DNA of 64,000 bases from contig JAVBPF010000002.1 of NCBI GenBank assembly GCA_031549735.1, forward strand, positions 19,790 through 83,789, written 5' to 3'. The notes below the pieces were generated by a model, which saw nothing but the letters and a program-made list of their open reading frames with translations, did not search any database and was not told the DNA's origin. Origin of the DNA: Oscillospiraceae bacterium. Lineage in GTDB: Bacteria > Bacillota > Clostridia > Oscillospirales > UBA929. Both the position numbers and the translations under genes were made by a program. Positions 16,235 through 25,104 of the stretch are shown here, piece after piece. Position 1 is the stretch's first letter. Every line of letters starts with the position of its first letter.

Positions 16235-17569
16235 ATGATACACACCTTTTCAGGCTTGGGGCTCCATCTGGCACTGGATGTGGAGAGCGGCGCGGTACAT
16301 ATTCTTGACGACACGGCTTACGCGCTGATTCCCCACATAACGCCCGACGCTACCGACGCGTTTCCCGAAGCGGCGGGTTCTCCGGATGCCGCACGTCTGT
16401 CGGCATGGAATGAGCTGCGTTCTCTGCAGAAGGAGGGCGTGTTGCTTTCGGACCCCGTGACAACGGAACAGCGTCCCAAACCGCAGTTGAAAGCTATGTG
16501 CCTGCATGTTTCGCATGACTGTGACCTGCGCTGCGGTTATTGCTTTGCCGGTACCGGTGCCTACGGCATGGCGCGCCAAGTGATGCCAGCCGAGGTGGCG
16601 TGCCGGGCCATCGACCTGCTCATTCGCGAAAGCGGCGCGCGCGTGAATCTGGAGATCGATTTCTTCGGCGGCGAACCGCTGCTGGCCATGGACACCGTGA
16701 AGCAGACGGTGGCCTACGCGCGTGCCAGGGAAAAAGAGTTCGGGAAACGGTTTCGTTTCACACTGACCACCAACGGGCTGGCGCTGGACGACGAGACGAC
16801 CGATTACATCAATCGTGAGATGGACAATGTGGTGCTCTCCATGGATGGCCGGCCCGAAACCAACAATGCTCTGCGAAAAACCACATCGGGGCAGGGGAGC
16901 TTCGAAGCCGTCTTCCCCAAGATCAAGCGACTGGTGGAGAAAAGAACCGGTCAGCACTATGTGCGGGGCACCTTTACAGCGCGAAACCCGGAATTCGTCG
17001 ACGATCTCCTGTTTCTGGCCGACCAGGGCTTCAAGGCGCTGTCGATGGAACCGGTGGTGTTGGCGCCCGGACACCCGCTGGCGCTCACCGTGGCGCACAT
17101 GGATTCCATCGAGGCCGCCTACGATCGACTGATGGAGACACTGGCGCGGCGGCACGATTTCTCCTTCTTCCACTTCAACGTCGACCTGTCGCAGGGGCCC
17201 TGTGTCTACAAGAGACTGCGCGGCTGCGGCGCGGGCACCGAATATGCGGCCGTGACGCCTGAGGGGGATTTGTATCCCTGCCACCAGTTTGTCGGGCGCG
17301 ATGAATTCCGCATGGGCCATGTCGACGACGACCGGTTCACGCCGTCCGAACGCTTCGAGTCCTGCCGCGTAGAGACGAACGAGGACTGCCGAAACTGCTG
17401 GGCCAAGTTCTACTGCGGCGGTGGCTGCGCCGCCGGAAACCTTACCGCAAACGGGGACATTCACAACAATTATCAATTGGGATGCCGACTGGAACGCAAG
17501 CGCACCGAATGCGCGCTGCTGTTAGCGGCCAAGCATGCCCTTGGGAAGGCGGCCGCGTCAACAGAGTAG
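16235..17569 (+). CDS. scfB: SCIFF radical SAM maturase (thioether cross-link forming)
   Basis: 444 aa; CDLRCGYCFA (CxxxCxxC) radical SAM cluster; C-terminal SPASM-type Cys clusters (CGAG...C..C.AKFYCGGGC); N-terminus MIHTFSGLGLHLALDVESGAVHILDD typical of ScfB. Confidence 0.9.
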   Translation: MIHTFSGLGLHLALDVESGAVHILDDTAYALIPHITPDATDAFPEAAGSPDAARLSAWNELRSLQKEGVLLSDPVTTEQRPKPQLKAMCLHVSHDCDLRCGYCFAGTGAYGMARQVMPAEVACRAIDLLIRESGARVNLEIDFFGGEPLLAMDTVKQTVAYARAREKEFGKRFRFTLTTNGLALDDETTDYINREMDNVVLSMDGRPETNNALRKTTSGQGSFEAVFPKIKRLVEKRTGQHYVRGTFTARNPEFVDDLLFLADQGFKALSMEPVVLAPGHPLALTVAHMDSIEAAYDRLMETLARRHDFSFFHFNVDLSQGPCVYKRLRGCGAGTEYAAVTPEGDLYPCHQFVGRDEFRMGHVDDDRFTPSERFESCRVETNEDCRNCWAKFYCGGGCAAGNLTANGDIHNNYQLGCRLERKRTECALLLAAKHALGKAAASTE

Positions 17570-17888
17570 GCGAGGCGTTCGTCATTCTCACCAAGCGGCC
17601 GCCAACTGCGCCAGACAGGGTTTTCGCTGTATCCACCGAAGTTATCCCCCGGATGGGGAGAGGTTGTCGATAATTCCGGGGAACATTATCTGCGGTTCTC
17701 CTGTACGGCGGGCATCGGGTTCCCCCACGCAACATGTGGCATTTTTCACAACCGACGGGGCAATATTTTGCGGATATTACGCTGCGTAAAAATGCGCGGC
17801 GTTTTCATTACAGCGCTAGTTAACATAATATTGTTAACATAAGTTTTTGTAATTATGGACAAAAGTGATTTTGTTCCCTAAACACCCC

Positions 17889-17917
17889 TTGCTATTCGAA
17901 TAAAAATGACGTATAGT
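17889..17917 (+). promoter_or_regulatory. Sigma-A-type promoter ahead of proC
   Basis: TTGCTA (17889-17894), 17 nt, TATAGT (17912-17917); leaves a ~155-nt leader. Confidence 0.5.
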
Positions 17918-18078
17918 GTTATTACCTCGTTATGTCAAACACTTCGCCGACTTGCTTTTGCTTGTGCCAGAGTCGAAATTGCTTTCGCGTGGCGGTCGAC
18001 AGCGTACAGGCGGTCGTGTTTGATTATACGGGTGTTTCCGTCTCTTGGGGCGGGTTATGTCATCGGGAGGGATTGTTG

Positions 18079-18888
18079 GTGCTGGACAATCGGCTGGGGT
18101 TCATCGGTGGCGGAAACATGGCGTCCGCCATCATTAGCTCGTTGCTGGAGGCCAAGTTGATACCGGCCGACCGCATTATGGTCTTCGAGCCCGATGCCTA
18201 TCGTTTGGCGGAACTGACGCCGCTGGGCGTGGTATCGGCCCCGTCCAACCGCTCGCTGGTGTCTTCTTGTCAACTCACGCTGCTTTGCGTCAAGCCTCAG
18301 GTCATGGGCACCGTACTGATGGGCATCGCGCCTGTGGCGGATGGTCGGCACTTTATTTCCATAGCCGCCGGGCTCTCGACTGACTTCTTTAAGGAACGCC
18401 TGGGGCCGGACGCGCATGTTTTGCGTGTGATGCCCAACGCACCTTTGGCGGTGGGCTGTGGCGCGACCGTCATCGCCAAGAATCCGCGTACGCCCGATTT
18501 TTTGCTCAAGGCAGCCCGCTCTATTTTTGCCTGTGCCGGTGACGTGGTTTTCCTGGAGGAAGACATGATGAACGAGGTCACGGCCGTCAGCGGTTCCGGG
18601 CCGGCGTACTTCTATCGGTTCTGCAGCGCCATGGCGCTGGCCGCGCAGGAGATGGGACTTCCCTATGATCTTGCTGTCCGTTTGGCGGCCAAGACCATGC
18701 AGGGTGCGTCCAAGATGATTTTGGAGTCGGATATGTCGCTGGAGGCGCTCATTCGTCAGGTATCCTCGCCGGGCGGCACCACGCTGGCTGCGCTGAAGGT
18801 CTTTGATGACGACGGACTGGACGATGCCGTCATGCGCGCCATGTCGGCCTGTGCGCGACGCGCCTATGAGCTTTCCAAATCTTTTTAA
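18079..18888 (+). CDS. proC: Pyrroline-5-carboxylate reductase
   Basis: Start set at GTG 18079, 7 nt after GGGAGGG (..LDNRLGFIGGGNMASAII); SGSGPAYFY and SPGGTT motifs. Confidence 0.88.
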   Translation: MLDNRLGFIGGGNMASAIISSLLEAKLIPADRIMVFEPDAYRLAELTPLGVVSAPSNRSLVSSCQLTLLCVKPQVMGTVLMGIAPVADGRHFISIAAGLSTDFFKERLGPDAHVLRVMPNAPLAVGCGATVIAKNPRTPDFLLKAARSIFACAGDVVFLEEDMMNEVTAVSGSGPAYFYRFCSAMALAAQEMGLPYDLAVRLAAKTMQGASKMILESDMSLEALIRQVSSPGGTTLAALKVFDDDGLDDAVMRAMSACARRAYELSKSF

Positions 18889-18966
18889 TGAAACTGCATT
18901 TCCCCGGTTTTGATTGTCATAATGCCGCCCCCCTTGCTCATAAAAATGGGACAAGGGGTGTAGCAG

Positions 18967-19596
18967 ATGAAAATGACCACGCGATGGAAGTTCCCTTTGT
19001 CCCGCATCGATCCCGCGTTTGTCTTCTCTTTTGCCTTTTTCCTCTGTGGTGCCGTGGTCGGACTGCTTGTGACCACGCGCATCAGTGGAGACGGTGCGGA
19101 GTCTCTGATGCAAACGCTTACGCAATATGTGGAGAGTCTTCGTTCCAGCGCGGGCGCGCCTTCTTCGGTCGGACAGTCCTTTCTCAATGCATTTGAGTAT
19201 CACACGGTTGTTTTTTTGGCCGGATTTACGTCTTTGGGCGTTGTCGTGGTGCCGGTTGCCATGGCGGTTCGCGGCTTTTTCCTGTCCTTCTCCATCACAT
19301 CGTTCGTACTTGTCTTCGGATGGCCGGGATTGGGTTTAGCGTTGGGCGCCTTTCTGGTTCAAACCTTGATCCTGCTGCCCTGTCTCTTCATTTTGGCCAA
19401 TCAATCGTTTACCTCGTCGGTGCTGCTGCTGCGCATCTCCACCGGCAAGATGCCCCGGCCGCCCGGACGGTTGTTCCGGCCGGTCTATTACCTTCGTTTC
19501 GGTGTCATGGCCTTGGTCATGACCATGGTGGCGCTCTATGAGGCTTTCCTCTCGCCACTGCTTTTATCCTGGCTTGTACAATTGTTTTCCTTGTGA
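18967..19596 (+). CDS. spoIIM: Stage II sporulation protein M-like membrane protein
   Basis: 209 aa, ~5 TM; architecture and C-terminal LYEAFLSPLLL resemble B. subtilis SpoIIM (LFETYVSPVLM); located upstream of xerD as in many Clostridia. Confidence 0.6.
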   Translation: MKMTTRWKFPLSRIDPAFVFSFAFFLCGAVVGLLVTTRISGDGAESLMQTLTQYVESLRSSAGAPSSVGQSFLNAFEYHTVVFLAGFTSLGVVVVPVAMAVRGFFLSFSITSFVLVFGWPGLGLALGAFLVQTLILLPCLFILANQSFTSSVLLLRISTGKMPRPPGRLFRPVYYLRFGVMALVMTMVALYEAFLSPLLLSWLVQLFSL

Positions 19597-19727
19597 GCTT
19601 CTGTGCCCTGATTCAGAGGACGGGCAGCAAGCGTCACTCCAAATACATCCCAGTACCGGAGCGGTCGGTCGTTTAATCTGGCTGCATAGGGTGTTCCGGT
19701 GCGATTTGTGATGAAAAGGGCGGAAGT

Positions 19728-20615
19728 ATGATGCACAATATGGTTGAAAAGTTCGCGGATTATCTTGAGAACGAGAAGAACTCTTCTCGCAATACCATTG
19801 CCTCCTACGTGCGGGATGTAACGCAGTTTGAGCGTTATCTTGCCGAGGGTGCGGGGACGGATTTGGCCGAAGTATCCCATCAGGCTTGCTCGGAGTATCT
19901 GCAGCATTTGTCCGCCAATGGAAAATCTCCGGCGACGGTCACTCGTTGCGCCGCGTCATTGAAGAGCTTCTATAATTTTTTGCTGTTGCGCGATGTCGTT
20001 TCAGCCAATCCTGCCAAGAATATCGTTTCGGCCAAATACAACCGCAAGCTGCCTCAGGTGCTGACCAGCAAAGAGGTGGAGCTTCTGCTGATGCAGCCGC
20101 GTCCCACCGATCTCAAGGGTCACCGCGACCGAGCCATGTTGGAGCTTCTGTATGCCACCGGTATCCGCGTTTCAGAGCTCATCGCACTCAATCTCAGCGA
20201 TGTCAATTTGAGTGCGGGCTTCATACGCTGTGTCAATGGCCAAAAAGAACGCATCATTCCGCTCTATCCGGCGGCCGTACGCGCGTTGTCGGACTATACA
20301 CTGCTGGCGCGCGGCAAGATGATTAACCGCATGAATGAACAGTCGCTTTTTGTCAATGTCAACGGTGAGCGCATGTCGCGCCAAGGGTTTTGGAAGATCG
20401 TCAAGCATTATCAGGAGACGGCCAAGATCAACAAGCAGATCACACCCCATACGTTGCGCCACTCCTTCGCGACGCATCTTCTCGAAAACGGCGCCGATTT
20501 GCATTCCATTCAGGAAATGCTGGGTCATGCCAATATCTCGTCGACGCAGGTCTATGCTTACCTTGTCAAGCATAAGCTCAGAGACGTCTACAACCGCGCG
20601 CATCCGCGGGCATAA
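19728..20615 (+). CDS. xerD: Site-specific tyrosine recombinase, XerD-like
   Basis: 295 aa; N-terminal SAM-like domain (FADYLENEKNSSRNTIASYVRD); catalytic R..HTLRHSFATHLLENGADL..IQEMLGHANISSTQVY. Confidence 0.8.
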   Translation: MMHNMVEKFADYLENEKNSSRNTIASYVRDVTQFERYLAEGAGTDLAEVSHQACSEYLQHLSANGKSPATVTRCAASLKSFYNFLLLRDVVSANPAKNIVSAKYNRKLPQVLTSKEVELLLMQPRPTDLKGHRDRAMLELLYATGIRVSELIALNLSDVNLSAGFIRCVNGQKERIIPLYPAAVRALSDYTLLARGKMINRMNEQSLFVNVNGERMSRQGFWKIVKHYQETAKINKQITPHTLRHSFATHLLENGADLHSIQEMLGHANISSTQVYAYLVKHKLRDVYNRAHPRA

Positions 20616-20777
20616 ATCCCCCTGGTTTCTGACAAGTAAAGTTGCTTTACACACCGAAAGAGATGTATGAGCTGGGAAGTGGACGGCACTTTTCCGGGTT
20701 CTTCGGATTGTTATTACTGGTCAAGAGTCGATAGAGTACGCGTCTCCGGCGCAATCGCGCGGGGGTGTGAGACTATA

Positions 20778-20822
20778 AGAGACGAGCCTTCCCGCACAGC
20801 GTGTGCGGGAAGGCTCGTCTCT
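20778..20822. terminator. Long perfect hairpin between convergent recombinase genes
   Basis: 21-bp perfect stem AGAGACGAGCCTTCCCGCACA (20778-20798) / TGTGCGGGAAGGCTCGTCTCT (20802-20822), 3-nt loop; only TT follows on either strand. Confidence 0.45.
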
Positions 20823-20922
20823 TTGGAGAAACGCGTATGAAAACCGCATATAATGGCGCTGAAGATCGTTTTGCTTTACAGGGGAGAGTCTCTGTAAAGC
20901 ATGGCACACAGGAGTGTAAAGC

Positions 20923-21945
20923 TTATCGGCCTTCCAGCATGTCCGACACCTTCTTTTTTTGCTTTTGGTGGGCGAGGGGATTGGCCATGGCGGCCTCTCT
21001 CAGTTCGGCCGCGTCAATGTGTGTGTAAATCTGCGTCGTGTTCAGGTGGTCGTGCCCTAAGAGCTCCTGTAGGGTTCGAATATCCACCCCGTTTTGCAGC
21101 ATCAGGGTAGCGGCTGTGTGGCGGAGCTTGTGCGTTGAATACACGTCGGTGTTCAGGCCGGCGGCCCGCAGATGCTTCTTGACCAGCAGGTGCACCGTCT
21201 GGGTGCCGATACGCTTGTTCAGACGGGAAATGAACAGTGCCTGTTTGTCGGGGGGATGTAACGTACGGCGCACGACCAGATAGCCGTCCAGCGCTTCACG
21301 GCAAGCGGCGTTCAGGTAGAGGATGCGCTCCTTGTTTCCCTTGCCCAGCACACGAACCGTATCGTCCCGCACGTCATGCAGGTTGAGACCGACCACTTCG
21401 GAAATACGCAGACCGCAATTGAGCAGCAACGTGAGGATGCAGTAGTCCCGTTCGCGGTTCTGTCCGTCGACGGCCTCCAATAAATCCAAACTTTGGGAGA
21501 GAGTGAGGTAGCGGGGGAGTGTCTTTTTGGTTTTGGGGGCGTCGAGATCTTGAACGGGGTTGGTTTCCAGTTTGTGCGTCTTTACGGTGAGGTATTTGAA
21601 GAAGGAACGAATGGAGGCCACTTTGCGCGCGCGCGCGGCCTCGTCCAAACCGTAGGCCGATTGATCGCTGTTGGGGTGCTTTTTTCGATCGCGGGACAGA
21701 TAGGACATGTATTCGTAGACCTCGGTCAACGTCACGCGTGATAAAAAAGTTAAATCGACGTCCTGAATGGTGATTTCGTCAAAGCGTGACAGGTCAAGAT
21801 GCAGGCGCAGTATCTTCAGAAAACGGAAAAAGGAACGGAGATCGAGGAAATACTCATCAACGGTCTTTTTTGAGTGGCCTTTAATGGTCTCATGAAAAGT
21901 GAGAAATTCGATCAAAATTTCCGGAGCGCCGTCACGGTAGTCCAT
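20923..21945 (-). CDS. Tyrosine recombinase/integrase family protein (XerC-like)
   Basis: 340 aa; RISEVVGLNL, HKLRHTAATLMLQNGVDIRTLQELLGHDHLNTTQIYTH catalytic region. Confidence 0.8.
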   Translation of the reverse strand: MDYRDGAPEILIEFLTFHETIKGHSKKTVDEYFLDLRSFFRFLKILRLHLDLSRFDEITIQDVDLTFLSRVTLTEVYEYMSYLSRDRKKHPNSDQSAYGLDEAARARKVASIRSFFKYLTVKTHKLETNPVQDLDAPKTKKTLPRYLTLSQSLDLLEAVDGQNRERDYCILTLLLNCGLRISEVVGLNLHDVRDDTVRVLGKGNKERILYLNAACREALDGYLVVRRTLHPPDKQALFISRLNKRIGTQTVHLLVKKHLRAAGLNTDVYSTHKLRHTAATLMLQNGVDIRTLQELLGHDHLNTTQIYTHIDAAELREAAMANPLAHQKQKKKVSDMLEGR

Positions 21946-22200
21946 TTTACAGCCCTCCAGGCAGAATGAAATGATGTGGGCATGGGGTCAAGCCATGCCG
22001 TATCGGCTGTGCGCCCGGCGGCCAAACCGGATGCGCGTAAAACGAAAGCGCATCCGGTTGGATAGCGATCAAGCGCGGGCGCAGCCGGCAGAAACCCAAT
22101 CTCCCTGGCCTTGGTACGCTGAAAAAATGCGCCGCAACATCGTTTTCCCTGGACGGCGCTTTTGGCGATATCATCGGTTCCCTGAACCGAAGCTATGCCC

Positions 22201-22234
22201 CGAACTATACAAAATTTTTATTTTGTATAGTTCG
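22201..22234. repeat. AT-rich perfect palindrome in divergent intergenic region
   Basis: CGAACTATACAAAAT (22201-22215) TTTT ATTTTGTATAGTTCG (22220-22234); 15-nt arms; presents TATAGT on both strands. Confidence 0.6.
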
Positions 22235-22342
22235 CCAACAAACTTCCCGATTCAGGGGATTTCTTCATATCAGGGATTGAGCACATACTTTGCGCCACGG
22301 TGCGGGACAATAGAAACAATCCTTTTGACGGGAGGCATCGCC

Positions 22343-22531
22343 ATGAGCATCATTCCCTGCACCAGCGAATGCATTTATCAACTTGAGGGCCTCTGCCGAC
22401 TGGAACATGCCGCGAGCGGCTGCGACGGCCTTGAGGACTGCGCGCATTTTGTGGGACGCGCGCGCAATCACAGCAACCCGCAACCTTCGGCGGTCTCGGT
22501 CAATCAAACACACGAGAAAACGCTTCTCTGA
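22343..22531 (+). CDS. Small Cys-rich hypothetical protein
   Basis: ATG 22343, 7 nt after GGGAGG. The 62-aa protein begins MSIIPCTSECIYQLEGLCRLEHAASGCDGLEDCAHF. Similar small Cys proteins are recalled from Clostridia, but homology is unverified. The 3' end overlaps the convergent radA by 32 nt. Confidence 0.4.
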   Translation: MSIIPCTSECIYQLEGLCRLEHAASGCDGLEDCAHFVGRARNHSNPQPSAVSVNQTHEKTLL

Positions 22532-23879
22532 CATTGCTTACACGTAGCAACGTCAGCCCGTCCGGGTCGGCTAACCCCTTGGTACCCTGTTTGGGAATGA
22601 CGCAGTGCGTGAAGCCCATGCGCCGAATTTCGGTCAAGCGCTGACGCAGCCCACTCACCGCGCGCAGCTCGCCGGTCAGGCCGACCTCGCCCAGTGCGCA
22701 GAGCTGCTCACGGATGGCCACCTCGCGTACGCTGGAGGCACAGGCCAACAATACCGGCAGGTCGACGGCCGGTTCATCAATCTCCAATCCGCCCACAATG
22801 TTGATGTAGGCGTCGCTGCCGCCTACGAACAGGCCGGTTCTTTTTTCCAGAACGGCCAGCAACAGCATGGCGCGGTTGTGATCCAGCCCGCTCACCATCC
22901 GGCGGGGGGTTCCGAAGCTGCTCTTGGCGATCAACGCCTGCACCTCGGCCAATACCGGGCGCGCGCCCTCCATGACACAGGCCACGCAGGTACCCGGCGC
23001 GTGCAGAGGACGACCCTCCAGCAGGAATTCGGAAGGGTTTGGCACCTCGACCAATCCCTTCTCCTGCATGTCAAACATGCCGATTTCATTTGTCGAGCCG
23101 AAACGGTTTTTGGCCGCGCGCAATACCCGGCAGGACAGCTGCCTGTCCCCTTCAAAGTATAAAACGCAGTCGACCATGTGCTCCAGCACCTTGGGGCCGG
23201 CGATGGCGCCCTCCTTGTTGACGTGACCGACGACAAAGACCGTGATGCCACGGGTTTTGGCCAATTCCATCAGCAATAGCGTGCATTCCTTCACCTGGGC
23301 CACGTTGCCGGCCGAGGCCGCCAGCCCGCGCGTGTAGATGGTTTGGATGGAATCGACGATCAGGATGCCCGGCGACAGCTTGTCCACCGCGTCCAGAATG
23401 ACGCCTGCATCGGTTTCCGGGAATATGTAGAGGTTGGGGCAATCCCCCAATCCAAGCCGTTGGGCGCGCAGTTTGACCTGCTGCGGCGACTCCTCCCCTG
23501 TTACATACAGTATTTTCTGGTCGCGCGACAGTGCCGAACAGATTTGCAGCAGCAAGGTTGATTTGCCAATGCCGGGCTCTCCGCCCACCAGCACAACCGA
23601 ACCCAAGACGGCGCCGCCGCCCAGCACACGGTCGAGCTCGGAAAGACCGGTGGGAAAGCGCAGGGCGTCGTTTTGCGTTATTCCTGGCAACGCAACAGGG
23701 CCATGCTCTCCCCTGATCTGCACACGCGCCCCTGAAACGCGCCCGCCCGACCGGGCGGGCGAAGCTTCTACCGGCTGTTCCACCAGTGTGCTCCACGCGC
23801 CGCAGCCGGGGCACTGGCCGTTCCAGTTCGAGTATTCATTGCCGCACTCGGTGCAGAAAAAAATGCTCCTTGTTTTCAT
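22500..23879 (-). CDS. radA: DNA repair protein RadA/Sms
   Basis: Start at ATG 23879 (MKTRSIFFCTECGNEYSNWNGQCPGCGAW zinc ribbon); Walker A GGEPGIGKST; KNRFG; Lon-like C-terminal domain. Confidence 0.93.
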   Translation of the reverse strand: MKTRSIFFCTECGNEYSNWNGQCPGCGAWSTLVEQPVEASPARSGGRVSGARVQIRGEHGPVALPGITQNDALRFPTGLSELDRVLGGGAVLGSVVLVGGEPGIGKSTLLLQICSALSRDQKILYVTGEESPQQVKLRAQRLGLGDCPNLYIFPETDAGVILDAVDKLSPGILIVDSIQTIYTRGLAASAGNVAQVKECTLLLMELAKTRGITVFVVGHVNKEGAIAGPKVLEHMVDCVLYFEGDRQLSCRVLRAAKNRFGSTNEIGMFDMQEKGLVEVPNPSEFLLEGRPLHAPGTCVACVMEGARPVLAEVQALIAKSSFGTPRRMVSGLDHNRAMLLLAVLEKRTGLFVGGSDAYINIVGGLEIDEPAVDLPVLLACASSVREVAIREQLCALGEVGLTGELRAVSGLRQRLTEIRRMGFTHCVIPKQGTKGLADPDGLTLLRVSNVREAFSRVFD

Positions 23880-23975
23880 AGCGTCGCGAACGGGAGAATG
23901 CATCCCCCCGTTCACCCTCCGGTTCTTTTGTTGGATCTGAATTACGCGGCGCATATTACATCGGGCGGTAAAACC

Positions 23976-24863
23976 CTACGCCGGCGTCGTTACAGCCGTC
24001 TCGCGCTGGGCGTCCTCCCACCGCAAAAATGCGGCTGTGATGGCGGCGGCCAGTTTGCGCTGATAGGGATCCTCCCGAAGCTTGCGCTCCTCTGCGGGAT
24101 TGGTGAGAAACCCGCACTCGACCAAAACGGCCGGCACGGTGACATTATTCATCAGATAGATCGAATCGGCCACCGCTTTGGCGGCGCGCGTGTTGGTCGG
24201 ATCCACCGACTGGGCGACCAGATCTTGGAGCAACTCAGCCAGTTCGCGACTCCCCTGCTTCTGACCGTAAAAAGCTTGCAGACCGTAGTATTTTGCCTGA
24301 TCGAAGCTGTTTTGGTGTATGCTCAGCAGCACAGCGCGATCCACCCCGTTGACCAGCGCGGTACGGTTCTTGAGGTCGGATACCTTTTTCTCCCGCAAGG
24401 TCGACGCCGACGCGTCGTGCAGGGAAATGTCACTTTCTCTCGTCATCACAGCCGGGACGCCGTAAAACAGCATGAGCCACTGCGTTTTCTCGGAGATCTG
24501 CAAATTGATCTCGGCCTCGCGCACCCCCGTGAGGGAATTGGCGCCGCCGTCTTCGCCGCCGTGCCCCGCGTCAATCACAGGACGCCACTCGGCCAAGCGA
24601 ACGAAAGGCGAGAGTGTTGTTTGGGACGGCCGCCCCCAGAGGAGCCACGCGCCGCCACCCATCAGAAGCAGAGCCGCAAGCGACAGAACCAGCCAGCGGA
24701 TGCGCCCGGACTTCGGACGTTGGGGGGCAGCTCCGGGCACATTGCGCCAAAGGGCGGCCCGCAAACTCTCGTCGGAGGGCTGCTCGGTAGAATACCGCGT
24801 CAGCCGGGGCGGCTGATTGTTGTGATCGTCCTGACTCAATGTAGCACCCTCTCCCGCGGTCAC
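23976..24863 (-). CDS. N-acetylmuramoyl-L-alanine amidase (Amidase_3), CwlD-like, membrane anchored
   Basis: N-terminal TM (WLVLSLAALLLMGGGAWLLW); IDAGHGGEDGGA, E..INLQIS, MTRESD, SIHQNSF motifs. Confidence 0.8.
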   Translation of the reverse strand: MTAGEGATLSQDDHNNQPPRLTRYSTEQPSDESLRAALWRNVPGAAPQRPKSGRIRWLVLSLAALLLMGGGAWLLWGRPSQTTLSPFVRLAEWRPVIDAGHGGEDGGANSLTGVREAEINLQISEKTQWLMLFYGVPAVMTRESDISLHDASASTLREKKVSDLKNRTALVNGVDRAVLLSIHQNSFDQAKYYGLQAFYGQKQGSRELAELLQDLVAQSVDPTNTRAAKAVADSIYLMNNVTVPAVLVECGFLTNPAEERKLREDPYQRKLAAAITAAFLRWEDAQRETAVTTPA

Positions 24864-25104
24864 CGGAAAAGCCCGGCGCCTGTCTCTCTATCCTATGAGG
24901 CCGCGTTGTCTGCTATTCGGCTCGGTCGTCCTTGCGACAGATGATCGAGCGGCTGGTTAAAATGGGATGAAACCCGCAGTCATACCCGCACTGCGCCAGG
25001 GCAAGCCAAACGGCGGACAGAGGAATGGACTCAGTGTAGCGCAAATCTCAATCACTCCCGTGTTCATGGCGACGCGATGTCTCCCGAATATGCGTGGCCA
25101 CGTG

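Noticed and set aside
15365-16243. 292-aa minus-strand ORF
   Set aside because: It is antisense to the YrzE-like gene and the SCIFF precursor. Its composition is biased toward Arg/Gln/Gly and it has no RBS.
17924-18078. proC leader as a proline T-box
   Set aside because: No T-box sequence (..GGGTGGTACCGCG..) and no recognisable specifier/terminator architecture are present.
21068-21085. GGGTTCGAATATCC, resembling a tRNA T-arm
   Set aside because: It lies inside the recombinase coding sequence. No acceptor, D or anticodon stems can be drawn around it.
20923-21945. Integrase gene as the marker of a prophage or integrative element
   Set aside because: No adjacent tRNA, flanking direct repeats, phage or transfer genes are present. 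Its composition is indistinguishable from the surrounding core genes. It more likely encodes a chromosomal Xer-family recombinase.
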